Of a stretch of 64,000 nt of DNA, positions 53,612 to 64,000 are shown piece by piece. The notes beneath the pieces are model-generated. The model ran no database searches and had not been told where the DNA came from. It was given only the letters and a program-made list of their open reading frames with translations. The stretch is taken from the NCBI GenBank assembly GCA_030324005.1, contig JARDVH010000157.1, positions 7,391,896 to 7,455,895 on the forward strand, given 5' to 3'. Every line of letters begins with the position of its first letter. The first letter of the stretch is position 1. This stretch comes from Negaprion brevirostris. Lineage: Eukaryota. The translations under genes were made by a program, and so were the position numbers.

Positions 53612-54218
53612 GAGGACGGGTTACACCTAAACTGGAGGGGCGTGAATATCCTGGCTGGGGGTTTTGCTAGTGTGGTTCAGGTGGGTTTAAACTAATGTGG
53701 CAGGGGGGTGGGGATCAAAACAATAGGTCACTAAGCATTGAGGCTGGGGACAAGTTTGGGACGAGGACAAGGCTATCTGAGAGGAAGAGCATTCTGGGGG
53801 AGGATGACCTCAGTGGGCCTGGAGGTCTGGAGTGCATCTGCTTCAATGCAAGGAGCGAAATGGGCAAGACAGACTAACTTAAAGCCTTAATGCTTGCGCA
53901 GAACTTGGATGTGGTTGCAGTGACGGAGACTTGGTTAAAAGAAGGACAGGACTGGCAGCTGAATATTCTGGGGTATAAGTGNNNNNNNNNNNNNNNNNNN
54001 NNNNNNNNNNNNNNNNNNNNNNNNNNNNNNNNNNNNNNNNNNNNNNNNNNNNNNNNNNNNNNNNNNNNNNNNNNNNNNNNNCATTTAAGACTTATGTAGA
54101 TAGCCACATGAACAGACTGTGAATAGAGGTATACAAACGAATGGTCAAGTTGGGCTAATGATCAGCACAGGCCTGGTGGTCCAAAGGTTTTGTTTCTTTG
54201 CTGTATTGTTCTTTGTTT
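53612..54218 (+). mobile_element. CR1 LINE: ORF1 end (esterase-like), ORF2 endonuclease start, N gap, 3' tail
   Basis: EDGLHLNWRGVNILAGGF (SGNH-type DGLHL motif); LECICFNARS and DVVAVTETWL (APE endonuclease); in-frame stop at 53875-53877; tail gctgtattgttctttg. Confidence 0.88.
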
Positions 54219-54219
54219 T

Positions 54220-54458
54220 GGAATTATATGTCAATGTTGCTTGCCTGAACTTGCAGACAGATATTTTTGACCCTATTTACTAGAATAGTCTGCATTTTGC
54301 AATCATATTTACTAATTTTGGCACAAATAAGTTAACCTGACATTTCATCTTATATTCCATTTGCAAATCATTTTAATTAAACCCCCCTTTGAATTTTATT
54401 TTTTCCACTTAAAGTCCTGTTTACTCATCCATCTTTTGTATTGTTTGAAGAATTAGAA
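54220..54458. repeat. Copy 1 of a diverged direct duplication of about 235 bp
   Basis: Shares acagatatttttgaccct, aatagtctgcattttgca, taattttggcacaaataagttaa and actcatccatcttttgtatt with 55494-55726. Confidence 0.9.
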
Positions 54459-55239
54459 TATTTGTGTCCGAGTCATAATTCTATTGCGTATTAAAGAGTG
54501 AGTGGGCTTGCAGGTATTGCCCCTGTGGCTAGTGCCGTGACTGGAATATTGAATAACTGGTACAAGGCAGCACAGAACAGCAAGTTCACTGAACACTGAG
54601 GGATCCCAACAATAAGTATTTAGAATTCTATAAAAAGAAAATCAAAATACTGGAAAACTAAAGGAACTAATTTTTCAAATCTTGCCTATGTCAGTGAAGG
54701 TTCATAGATGGAATAGCCAGATTCAGAAGTTACCACATGAAGCAAATCTTGGTGATTAGATAAAGCAATACCAGAATTGAAGAATGAAGCTAGGAATGGA
54801 AATAATGGAGCCATTCTATAAGTGTCAGCAGCTCATGTCAGGCTCCCAGTGGTTCTGTTCACACAGCCCCCTCCCCAGTCCCCACGTTACAACCCCATTG
54901 GTGACAAAGGAGCCTGTGACTTTGGGACAGGCTTGCAGTTGGTTTGGAGTCACCAGTCCTTGGAGAAAATTCACCACCTCGTGGGTATGTGATGGGCCTT
55001 TGATTGAGATGTACTCCAGCTAACCTGTCTTTTCCTTTTTAAGTTAAGATTGTGCGTTTAATTCTCTTTATGCAGGGAATCATGTAATTGACTTTATCCA
55101 TATTGCTTAGCCGTTTTGAAATTTTTGATGGGAGGAGGTTTTACTTTTTCAGCCTATCTTAATTTCTCAAGGAACTTTCAACATCCTTTCGCAGATTTAA
55201 AAGTTTCAGTTGAAAATATTGTTTTGTGTGAGCTTTGTT

Positions 55240-55490
55240 TAAGGTTATTTATTAGCGTCAGGCCCACGTTAACACGGCAATGAAGTTACTGTGAAGATCC
55301 CCTCGTCGCCACACTCCAGTGCCTGTTCAGGTACACTGTGGGAGAACTTAGCACGGCCAGTGCACCTAACCAGCATGTCTTTCGGACTGTGGGAGGAAAC
55401 TGGAGCACCCGGAGGAAACCCACGCAGGCATGGGGAGAACATGCGGACTCCACACAGACAGTGACCTAAGCTGGGAATTGAATCCAAGTT
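55240..55490 (-). mobile_element. V-SINE (alternative tail), truncated near the B box
   Basis: Minus ORF GHCLCGVRMFSPCLRGFPPGAPVSSHSPK is a V-domain translation. Confidence 0.88.
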
Positions 55491-55493
55491 CTA

Positions 55494-55726
55494 GAGTTAT
55501 ATGTTAATGACGTTTATCTGAGCTTATTTACAGATATTTTTGACCCTACTTAATAGTCTGCATTTTGCAGTCATATATATTAATTTTGGCACAAATAAGT
55601 TAATCTTACATTTCATCTTATGTTTCATTTGCAAATCACCTCAATTAAAACTCCCTTTGCATTTTATTTTTTCCACATAAAATTCTGTTCACTCATCCAT
55701 CTTTTGTATTATTTGCAAACATAGAA
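55494..55726. repeat. Copy 2 of the direct duplication
   Basis: See 54220-54458. Confidence 0.9.
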
Positions 55727-55944
55727 ATTCCATTTCCAATCACACCTTCAAATTTCTTCATAAATATTGTGAAGAGGGAGGCACTGACATTGAACAATGG
55801 TGTATTCTGGTCACAGAAGTCATGTTAGAGCTACAGCCTGTGATTTGATTCTCATAGTTAGGCAGCTATTAACTAATTTTCAACATTCTAGAGACTTTAC
55901 TTCAATGACTGTTATCTCAAGTAAGGTACCTTATGCATTGGCTT

Positions 55945-58350
55945 CTTAGCTGCAAAGGACTGTTTCTGTGGCAACTGGTAGGGGACGCAAAAAGAAGGGA
56001 AAACATACTTGACCCCCATCCTCACCAATCTGCATGCTGCATCTCTCCATGACGGTATTGGGAGGAGTGACCACAGCATAGTCCTTCTGGAGACCAGAGT
56101 AATTGAGCATGTCCTCCATTGTGTTTGGCACTACTACTATGCTAAATGAAATAGATTTCAATCAGATCTAACAACTCAAGACTGGCAACAATGAAACACT
56201 GTGGGCCATCAGTAGCAGCTGAATTGTAGTCAAGCAGTCAGTAACCTCATGGCCCAACATATTCTCCCAGTATCAATCCTACATCAATGAAGAGTGCAAG
56301 GGTACAGAGCTGGAATAGCACTGGGCACACAGAAAATGTGTCAAATTAGTGAAGCTGTAACAAAAGACTAGTAAACCAAATAGCAAAGCAACAATTGATA
56401 GATAGAGCTAATCAATTCCACAAGCAACAAAGCAGATCTAATCTCCAGGCCTGCCGCATCCAACAGTGAATGGAGATGGATAGTTAAACAACTCACTGGA
56501 GGAGGAGGCTCCACAAATATCCTCATCCTCAATAATGGGGGAGCCCAACACATCAGTGCAAAAGATAAGGCACTCTCTGCAATTTTCAGCCAGAAGTGCC
56601 ACGTGGATAATCCATGTTGGCCTCCTGCAGAGGTCCATAGCAACGCAGATGTCAGTCTCCAGCCAATTCAATTCACTCCACATGATATCAAGAAATGGCT
56701 GAAGGCACTAGATACTGCAAAGGCTGGACCCTGAAAATATTCTGCCAATAGAACTAACTTGTGTCCAAACTTGCTGCATTCCTAGCCAAGCTTTCCAGTA
56801 CAGCTACAACACTGCCAACTACTCAGCAATGTAGGAAATTGCCCAGGTATATCCTGTCCACCAAAAGCAGGACAAATCCAACCCAGCCAATTACTGCCCC
56901 GTCAGTCTACTCTCGATCATCAGTGAAGTGATGGAAGGAGTCATCAACAGTTTTATCAAGTGGCACTTGCTTAGCAATAACCTGCACACTGATGCTCAGT
57001 TTGGGTTCTGCCAGGGTCACTCAGCTCCTGACCTCATTACCGCCTTGGTTCAAACGTGGGCAAAAAAACTGAACTTGGCAGAGGTGAGAATGACTGCCCT
57101 TGACATCAAGGCAGCACTTGACCGACTGTAGCATCAGGGAGCCCTAGCAAAACTGGAGTCACTGGAACTTGGGGAAAATTCTCCCTTTGTTTTGTACTTA
57201 GCAGAAAAGAAGATGGTGTGGTTGTTGAAGGTCAATCATCTCAGCTTCAGGGCATCACTGTAGGATTTCCACAGGGTAGTGTCCTAGGCCTAAGCATTTT
57301 AAGCTACTTCATCAATGACCTTACTTCTGTCGTATGGTCAGAATTGCGGATGTTTGNNNNNNNNNNNNNNNNNNNNNNNNNNNNNNNNNNNNNNNNNNNN
57401 NNNNNNNNNNNNNNNNNNNNNNNNNNNNNNNNNNNNNNNNNNNNNNNNNNNNNNNNCTTCCTTCTGTCGTATGGTCAGAAGTGCGGATGTTTGCTGATGA
57501 TTGCACAATGTTCAACACCATTCATGATTCCTCAGATATTGAAGCAGTTAATGTACAAATGCAGCAAGATCTAGACAATATCTAGGTTTGACTGACAAGT
57601 AGCAACAAGTAATATTTGCCAGGCAGTGACATCTCCAATAAGGGAGCATCTAACCATCGCCCCCTTCCCCCCCATCCTTGACATTTCATAGCATTACCAT
57701 TGCTGAAACCCTCATCATCAACATTTTGGGGTTTACCATTGACTAGAAATTGAACTGGACTCATCATATAAATACTGTGGCTGCAAGAATGGGTCAGAGG
57801 CTAGGAATCTTGTGGTGAGTAACTCACCTTCTGATTCTCTAAAGCCCACCCACCATCTACAAGGCACAAATCAGGAATGTGATGGAATACTGGATGAGTG
57901 CAACTCCAAGAACACTAAAGGTGCTTGACACCATCCGGGACAAAGCAGCCCACTTGATTGGCACCACATCTACAAGCATTCGCTCCTTCTGTCACTGAAG
58001 CATAGCAGCAGCAGCAAACTGCACTGCAAGAACTCACATCAGACAGCACCTTCCAAACTCATGACCACTATCAGCTAGAGGGACAAGAGCGGCAGATGCA
58101 TGGGACCACCACCACCTGGAAATTTTCCTCTAAGCCACTTACCATCTTGACTTGGAAATACATCACTGTTGCTGGGCCCAAATCCTGGAACACTCTCCTT
58201 AGCAGCATTGTGGGTGTACCTACATCACAGGGACTTCAGCAGTTCAAGAAGGCAGCTCATCACCACCTTCCTGGGGGCAGTTAGGGATGGGTAATAAATG
58301 CCGTCCGAGTCAGCGAAGCCCACCCACGTCCCTTGAATTAATAGAAAAAA
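55945..58350 (+). mobile_element. CR1/L2-group LINE, about 2.4 kb ORF2 remnant with 3' end
   Basis: NPANYCPVSLLSII, QFGFCQGHS, ALDIKAALD, GFPQGSVLG, MFADD, LDTIRDKAAHLIG; tail gggatgggtaataaatgcc plus A-rich end. Stops and frameshifts present. Confidence 0.9.
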
Positions 58351-58534
58351 AGTCAAGATGCAGATGCTCTATACCCACCTATTTTGTTACCCCTTTCAAC
58401 AATTTGATTCAATTTGCTGGGCATTTTCTACCTTTAGTGAAGTCGGGTATTTTAGAATGAGTGCCGCAGCTCATTCGAATTGCTTTGGATAATTTCCTTT
58501 TTGTTTGGAAAATGTTGAAATTTACTCAAGGTGC

Positions 58535-58772
58535 CAAAGGAGTGCCCCAGGGATCTGTTCTGGGACCCTTGCTGTTTGTCATTTTCATAAATGACCTGGA
58601 TGAGGAAGTGGAGGGNNNNNNNNNNNNNNNNNNNNNNNNNNNNNNNNNNNNNNNNNNNNNNNNNNNNNNNNNNNNNNNNNNNNNNNNNNNNNNNNNNNNN
58701 NNNNNNNNNNNNNNNTGCAACTCGTGGGCCGAAGGGCCTGTTTGTGCTGTAGTGTTCTATGTTCTATGTTCT
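58535..58772 (+). mobile_element. Young CR1 (RT motif and 3' tail, interior lost in a gap)
   Basis: GVPQGSVLGPLLFVIFINDLDEEVE [gap] gggccgaagggcctgtttgtgctgtag(tgttcta)n. Confidence 0.88.
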
Positions 58773-59494
58773 AACTTTTGCAACTCAAGTACTGCGCTTT
58801 TGATTAGAAAATATCAAGCAATTTTTTAAAAACTAGTATAATTATTCCTCCATTTTCTTTGCTACGACTTTGCATTTGTTTACTCCCTGTGTATTTCCAG
58901 GTCTATGCTTGTTCATAATGATGCAGCACATCATTCTCCATTACTTAGTTTTGGAATATATGCTTCACACAGCATGTATAATGACAGTTTGCAAACAGGT
59001 GTGCAGTATTTTGTTCCAGAAACATCTGATCCCCTCTGCTCAAGAACGTTTAGATCTTCACATTATTAATTTCGAACATTTGGTGTAAATCTTTTTGGAT
59101 ATATGTGCTTTCTGATAAGTATGCTGCTTCACGCACTATAAAGACAGACTATATTATTGATGCAAATAAAACATGTATTTATGTTTTATTTGAATCACTG
59201 AGCTATGTAAACCAGGAAGAGCAGTCAACCTCCCAGTCACATGAAGCTAACTGCAGCCAACCATCCAGCACCAGTAACCAACTGCTAGAGGCTACTAACA
59301 CAACCAGCAAGCAATCATCAGTAATGTTCAGTCAACCCATCCACATTCAGCAGCTTGTCAAACATGGGCACTACTTGGCAAGGTGGCAATGGAAGCCTTG
59401 GTAGAAGGCGAGGAGTTGGAGGACTGGAAGAGAATTTGGGACCTGTGAGAACAGTCAGAAAAGAAGCGCAAAGATATGCGAGTTGGTGATTTGT

Positions 59495-59625
59495 CATGTG
59501 AAATTGCCCCTTCGTGTCAGGGGAACTAGCCAGGGTAAATGTATGGGGTTAGGGCCTGGGTGGGATTGTGGTTGGTGCAGACTTGATGGGCCGAATGGCC
59601 TCCTTCTGCATGTAGGGATGCTATG
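59495..59625 (+). mobile_element. V-SINE 3' fragment
   Basis: aaattgccccttcgtgtcagggg...gggccgaatggcctccttctgc. Confidence 0.8.
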
Positions 59626-61559
59626 AAGACAAAAAAGTTACATGTGACAAACATTGCTGATAAATGAGGTTGGAAAAAATAGTTTCATGCATTAGAAGGC
59701 CATCAGAGAGAATGCAGCCATTAATGTAAAATAATAACTGTACAGCATAAAACATAGCTACTGAAAACTTCTCAAAAACGTAATTCTTGAAGTCTAATTT
59801 GACTTTCAAAATTTGTAAATTCCAAGTAATTGAATCTTGTAAATGATTGTGAAATTTTTCTTGTGGGTGTCATAATGTCTACTTGGCTTAACAGTAAACC
59901 AGAAAATGGTGGCGTCAAGTCCAACTGCAGAGGTTGTGGGCGTAATGTGTGATGACATATATTGTAGAGCCATAGAATTGCTGTATTATCTGAGATTTCT
60001 GTCTCCTGGGTAGTCATCGAATTGAGGTCCTGTTTCCCAAAGCAGATAGTTCTGGAAGGTCCCACAGAATTCTTACAGTGCCCTGCGAAACGTGTCAGCC
60101 AACACAAACAGAATAAATGAACTGGCTATTTATCTCATTTCTTGTTTTCAGGCTTTTTTGTGTGGGGAATGTTGTAGTATGTCTCAAGTGTGCAAGGGTC
60201 TGGAAGACATTATATAAAACATAAGCTTGCCCTTTGTTTATTTCTATGAGCAGGTCCAATATTGCTGGGAGAAAAATAAAAATTATAATTGTACAAAGAA
60301 CAAGAACAAAGAAAAGTACAGCTCTGGCCCTCCAAGTCCATGCTGATCACTTGTTATGTACCCTTGTTAAGTGCCTGTGCATTTTTTATAAAAAAAGTGC
60401 ACTTCTGAAAGACAATAATTGAGTATTTGTTCTGTTCCTCGAAAATAAGTTCATTAAGTGCATTTCAAAAACTATTGCTTAGTTTTTATTACTGGTGTTT
60501 CACCTTTCGGAAACCCTGTTCATCTGTTTTATTAACTAAAATATATGAAGTGAAGAAGGGAAGGAAGATCTGGGTCAGGGTCTTTAGCAACACTTATTGC
60601 ACTTATTTTGGGGATGGATATACTGCAACAATGCAGTAATATGAAGTAATTCATCCAAACGTGACGCATTTGACACAAAGAGCCTACACAAAAGCAATAT
60701 ATGTAAAGTTATAAACGTGCATTTTTTACAGAAAGATGATTATTTTAGTTTTAAAGTTGTAATATAAGTAGAGCAAAGCAGCTGTGGGTTAGTGTTCTGC
60801 TATAAATAGGTTCACATTAATTTGGACGACATTTGCTTAAGATGCAATAATCAGTCATTAGCTCTACTAAGAAAACTTGAGTAAATTTTTTATCACAGTT
60901 TTACATTCAAGTGCTACCTTTAGTGGGTGGCCTTTGACATTTTCTAGACACAGAAGGGGGAGGGGAAGGAGGAGTTGGATGGGATGGTGGCATGGCATGT
61001 GTGGGGGAGGGATGGAGAGGAAGAAAGTAGATTATATTCCACCAAATTTGATCCTAACTGCTCTTTTGGTTATGGCTGTGCAGAAGTTTGCAGTTCAGAC
61101 CATTGCACTCAAAAATTTGTTTAGTTTAGAGGGAGTTCTCATAACATTTGACAGCACAATCGCAAGAACTTTCACGTGTTACTATATTTCCTTTTTGTTT
61201 TGGGGCAATTTTTGGAGAAAAATCCACAGTTCCCCTGACAAATGTTGAGAACTGAAATAATTCTGAAGTGTTAAAAAATATAATCTATTTTAAATGTTTT
61301 TGTTTCCCTGGAAGCATTGATATTGTATTTGGTTTGTCATTGAAGAGCTTCACTACATTTGAAGTGGAAGCTCTTTGTAAACATTCTTGTAAACCACAAT
61401 TTTGAGGACTCTACAGTCTATAAATCTTTTTCCTTTAATTCGTATTCTTAGAACTTTTTAGATATTGAGTTGTTGCTTCTTAACTCTTGCCTTTAAGATT
61501 GAAATGGTTCTGTATTTTCCAGAGGATAAATGAATCAAATCTACAAAATGATGTGGCAT

Positions 61560-62250
61560 TTGAGTTGATTTATTATTGTCACATGTGTTGGGATACAATG
61601 AAAAGTTTTGTTTCTTGCATGCTGTACAGACAGAGCGTGCCGTTCATAGAGTACATAGGGGAGAAGGAAAGGAGAGTGCGCAAAATGTAGTATTACAATC
61701 ACAGCTGGGTGTAGAGAAACATCAGCTTAATGTATGGTAGGTCCATTTAAAAGTCTGATGGAAGTAGGGAAGAAACTATTCTTGATTTGGTTGGTACGTG
61801 ACCTCAGACTTTTGTATCTTTTTCCCGACAGAAGAAGATAAGAGAGTATGCCCAGGGTGTGTGGGGTCCTTGATTATGCTGGCAGCTTTTCCAAGGCAGT
61901 AGGAAGGGTAAACAGTTATTGGATGGGAGACTGGTTTGCGTGATGGACTGGGCTACATTCACAATCCTTTCTGGTTTCTTGCGGCTTTGGCCAGAGTAGG
62001 AGCCATACCAAGCCATGATACAACCAGAAAGAATGGTTTCTAAGGTGCATCTGTAAAAATCTGAGAGTTGTAGCCGAATTTCCCTTAGCTCCTGAGAAAG
62101 TAAAAGCGTTGGTGGGCTTTCTTAACTATAGTGTTAGTGTGAAGGGACCAGGACAGGGCGTTGGTGATCTGGACACATGGGAACTTGAAACTGTCGACCA
62201 TTTCCACTTCATCACCATTGATGTCGACAGGGGCATGTTCTCCACATGCT
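61560..62250 (-). mobile_element. Rex1/Babar-type LINE 3' fragment
   Basis: Minus PVDINGDEVEMVDSFKFPCVQIT..LSWS.HT..IVKKAHQRFYFLR; AWYGS; same 3' UTR as 11641. Confidence 0.88.
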
Positions 62251-64000
62251 ACCTTTAATTGTAGCTTGGTCTGATACTCTTGTGGCTGCTGCACACACCT
62301 GGTTCCTGCTAAGTACCTCCTGGGAACACAACCTGAAATAAGAAATACAGTGGATTGTTGGGTTGAACCTGTACAGGCAGGGTCTATGATACAGCGTGCA
62401 CTGCTCTGATAAGGTGTGCTGTGACATCTTATAAATGTATCTTTTATTTGCTGTTATGTTTTGAAGAAATGAGTGGATGGAAACCTATGAAGTTAAAATA
62501 ATTTCACATTGCAATGATTTTTTTCCAAAAACATTCTGAGAACAGAAATCTTGGAATAAGGTGAAGGTGTATTCAAACATGTTGGGGAAAAAAGGAGAAA
62601 GACAAATAATCAAAAGCGCAGTAATAGCAAGAATTACTGCAAAATACTGATGCCTATTTGAAATGACGCTATCTTAAATGATATGTGCAAAAATCAGAAC
62701 AATATGCAACAGGCAGTGGAAGCCGTTTCAATAGCAGCATTCAAATGGGAATAGGATATTTACTTCAATTGGAAAAAAATTAAAGGGTTATGTGGGGTGA
62801 CCTGGAAGAAGGGGATAAAATGGATTGCAGATAATTGACAGAGGTACTGTGGGCTCACTAACCTCTTTCTGTGCTGTGGGACAATTAATTCTATCCATTT
62901 AAATCTAATATCTGACAGTACTTGTACTTTGATCATTTTGTTTGATTACAAATAATTATGAACAAATGAACAATTGAAAATGGAATAAAATTGACTTGAA
63001 ATATCTTTGTTTTGATGTAATTTCTTTAAAGGAAAGAAATGCTGTTGAATCACTGCTTTTTCATTAAGAAATTGAGTATCAGTGTATTTTGCATATTTTA
63101 AAATATGCTCACAACTGACTATGATAATTTTATTCTGGATTATAACGGCCTCAAATTTGTTTTCGTTTTTAATCGGGTGTTGTGACAGCGATTTTGACAT
63201 ATCTTCAATAAGCCAACTTGAATCTGAAGTGATCTTGGTTTGATGCTTGTCACAGTACCCCCCTTGATGGGGCCCTTTTCTTTCAGCGTGCTCACTGAAG
63301 CTCCCTGGAGCTGGGAGCTGGTTCAGCATGCTTATTTAGAGAACATAAAGGGAGAGATTGATTGCTCTGTATGTGAGGCAGGCAGGGTCATGGCACATGC
63401 TCAGTGCTGACATTTGGAAGGGAAGTTTTTACGCTCTGCGTGGTGGCTGAGGTCATAGCACAAGCTCAGTGAAAGCTTTCTGAGGTCTCTCAGAGACTGC
63501 GTGTGCCACCATTTTGAGTACTGAGAGTAGGAAAAAGGGAGAGTTTTGCTTTCAGTGCAGACTATAGCCAGACTTGGGGATATAATTAAACCTAAAGGAC
63601 TTGTTTTGACCATGGATGATCTCTTCAGCCCTCGGAGGTAGGCTTATTTATTCTGGCCTATCCTAAAAGGCTGTGGTTTGTAGATTCCTCGCCTTGTCAA
63701 ATATTTATTATGAAATCTTCATTATTAATGCTGCAAGGCTTTTTGCTGCTGTTTTTCAACGTTTGATCAGCATTAAACAGAAAATGGTGACTCTTCCTGA
63801 ACAGCTTACTGTCTTTCTCTCTCTTTCATTTTGTAAAGTAAAGGATTGTCACAATTTCTTTTGGTTTGGAGACCAAGAAGAGAAATCAAATCTCCAGAAA
63901 AATTATATAATTATTTTGCTGGCAATTTGTGAATTTTCTCTTTCAGATCTATTTAAAGCAGAGTTTGTAGCGATGTTTGTGTAATTTACATCTGATTGAT

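Noticed and set aside
57320-57494. Duplicated RT segment SVVWSE.RMF
   Set aside because: Flanks a 100-N gap; probably haplotype overlap.
55945-58350. Active or domesticated reverse transcriptase gene
   Set aside because: Multiple stops and frameshifts; an ordinary decayed LINE.

Overview
Eukaryotic (vertebrate) genomic DNA from a gapped draft assembly. The repeat content (CR1 LINEs, V-domain tRNA SINEs with CR1-like tails, Rex1/Babar, Penelope-type short repeats) points to a cartilaginous fish, most likely a shark (inference). The window lies inside one + strand gene of the atrophin family. Three coding exons (20048-20153, 29317-29413, 29529-29633) splice in frame to encode the C-terminal part of the BAH domain of RERE/atrophin-2 ([102 protein letters not shown]). 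The ORF track misses all three. Everything else is intron: decayed, often nested retroelements and probable conserved non-coding blocks. Most notable: a 115-nt GC-AG intron; a CCA-terminated tRNA-Lys(CTT) copy fused to a SINE 3' half, with an apparent empty-site paralogue about 1 kb away; three degenerate minimal hammerhead-ribozyme motifs in the gene's sense orientation, two with a U3:A8 core covariation; local inverted and direct duplications; and candidate recursive splice sites or cryptic exons. I see no convincing novel protein-coding system. Repeat boundaries are approximate and family names come from remembered motifs, not a database search.
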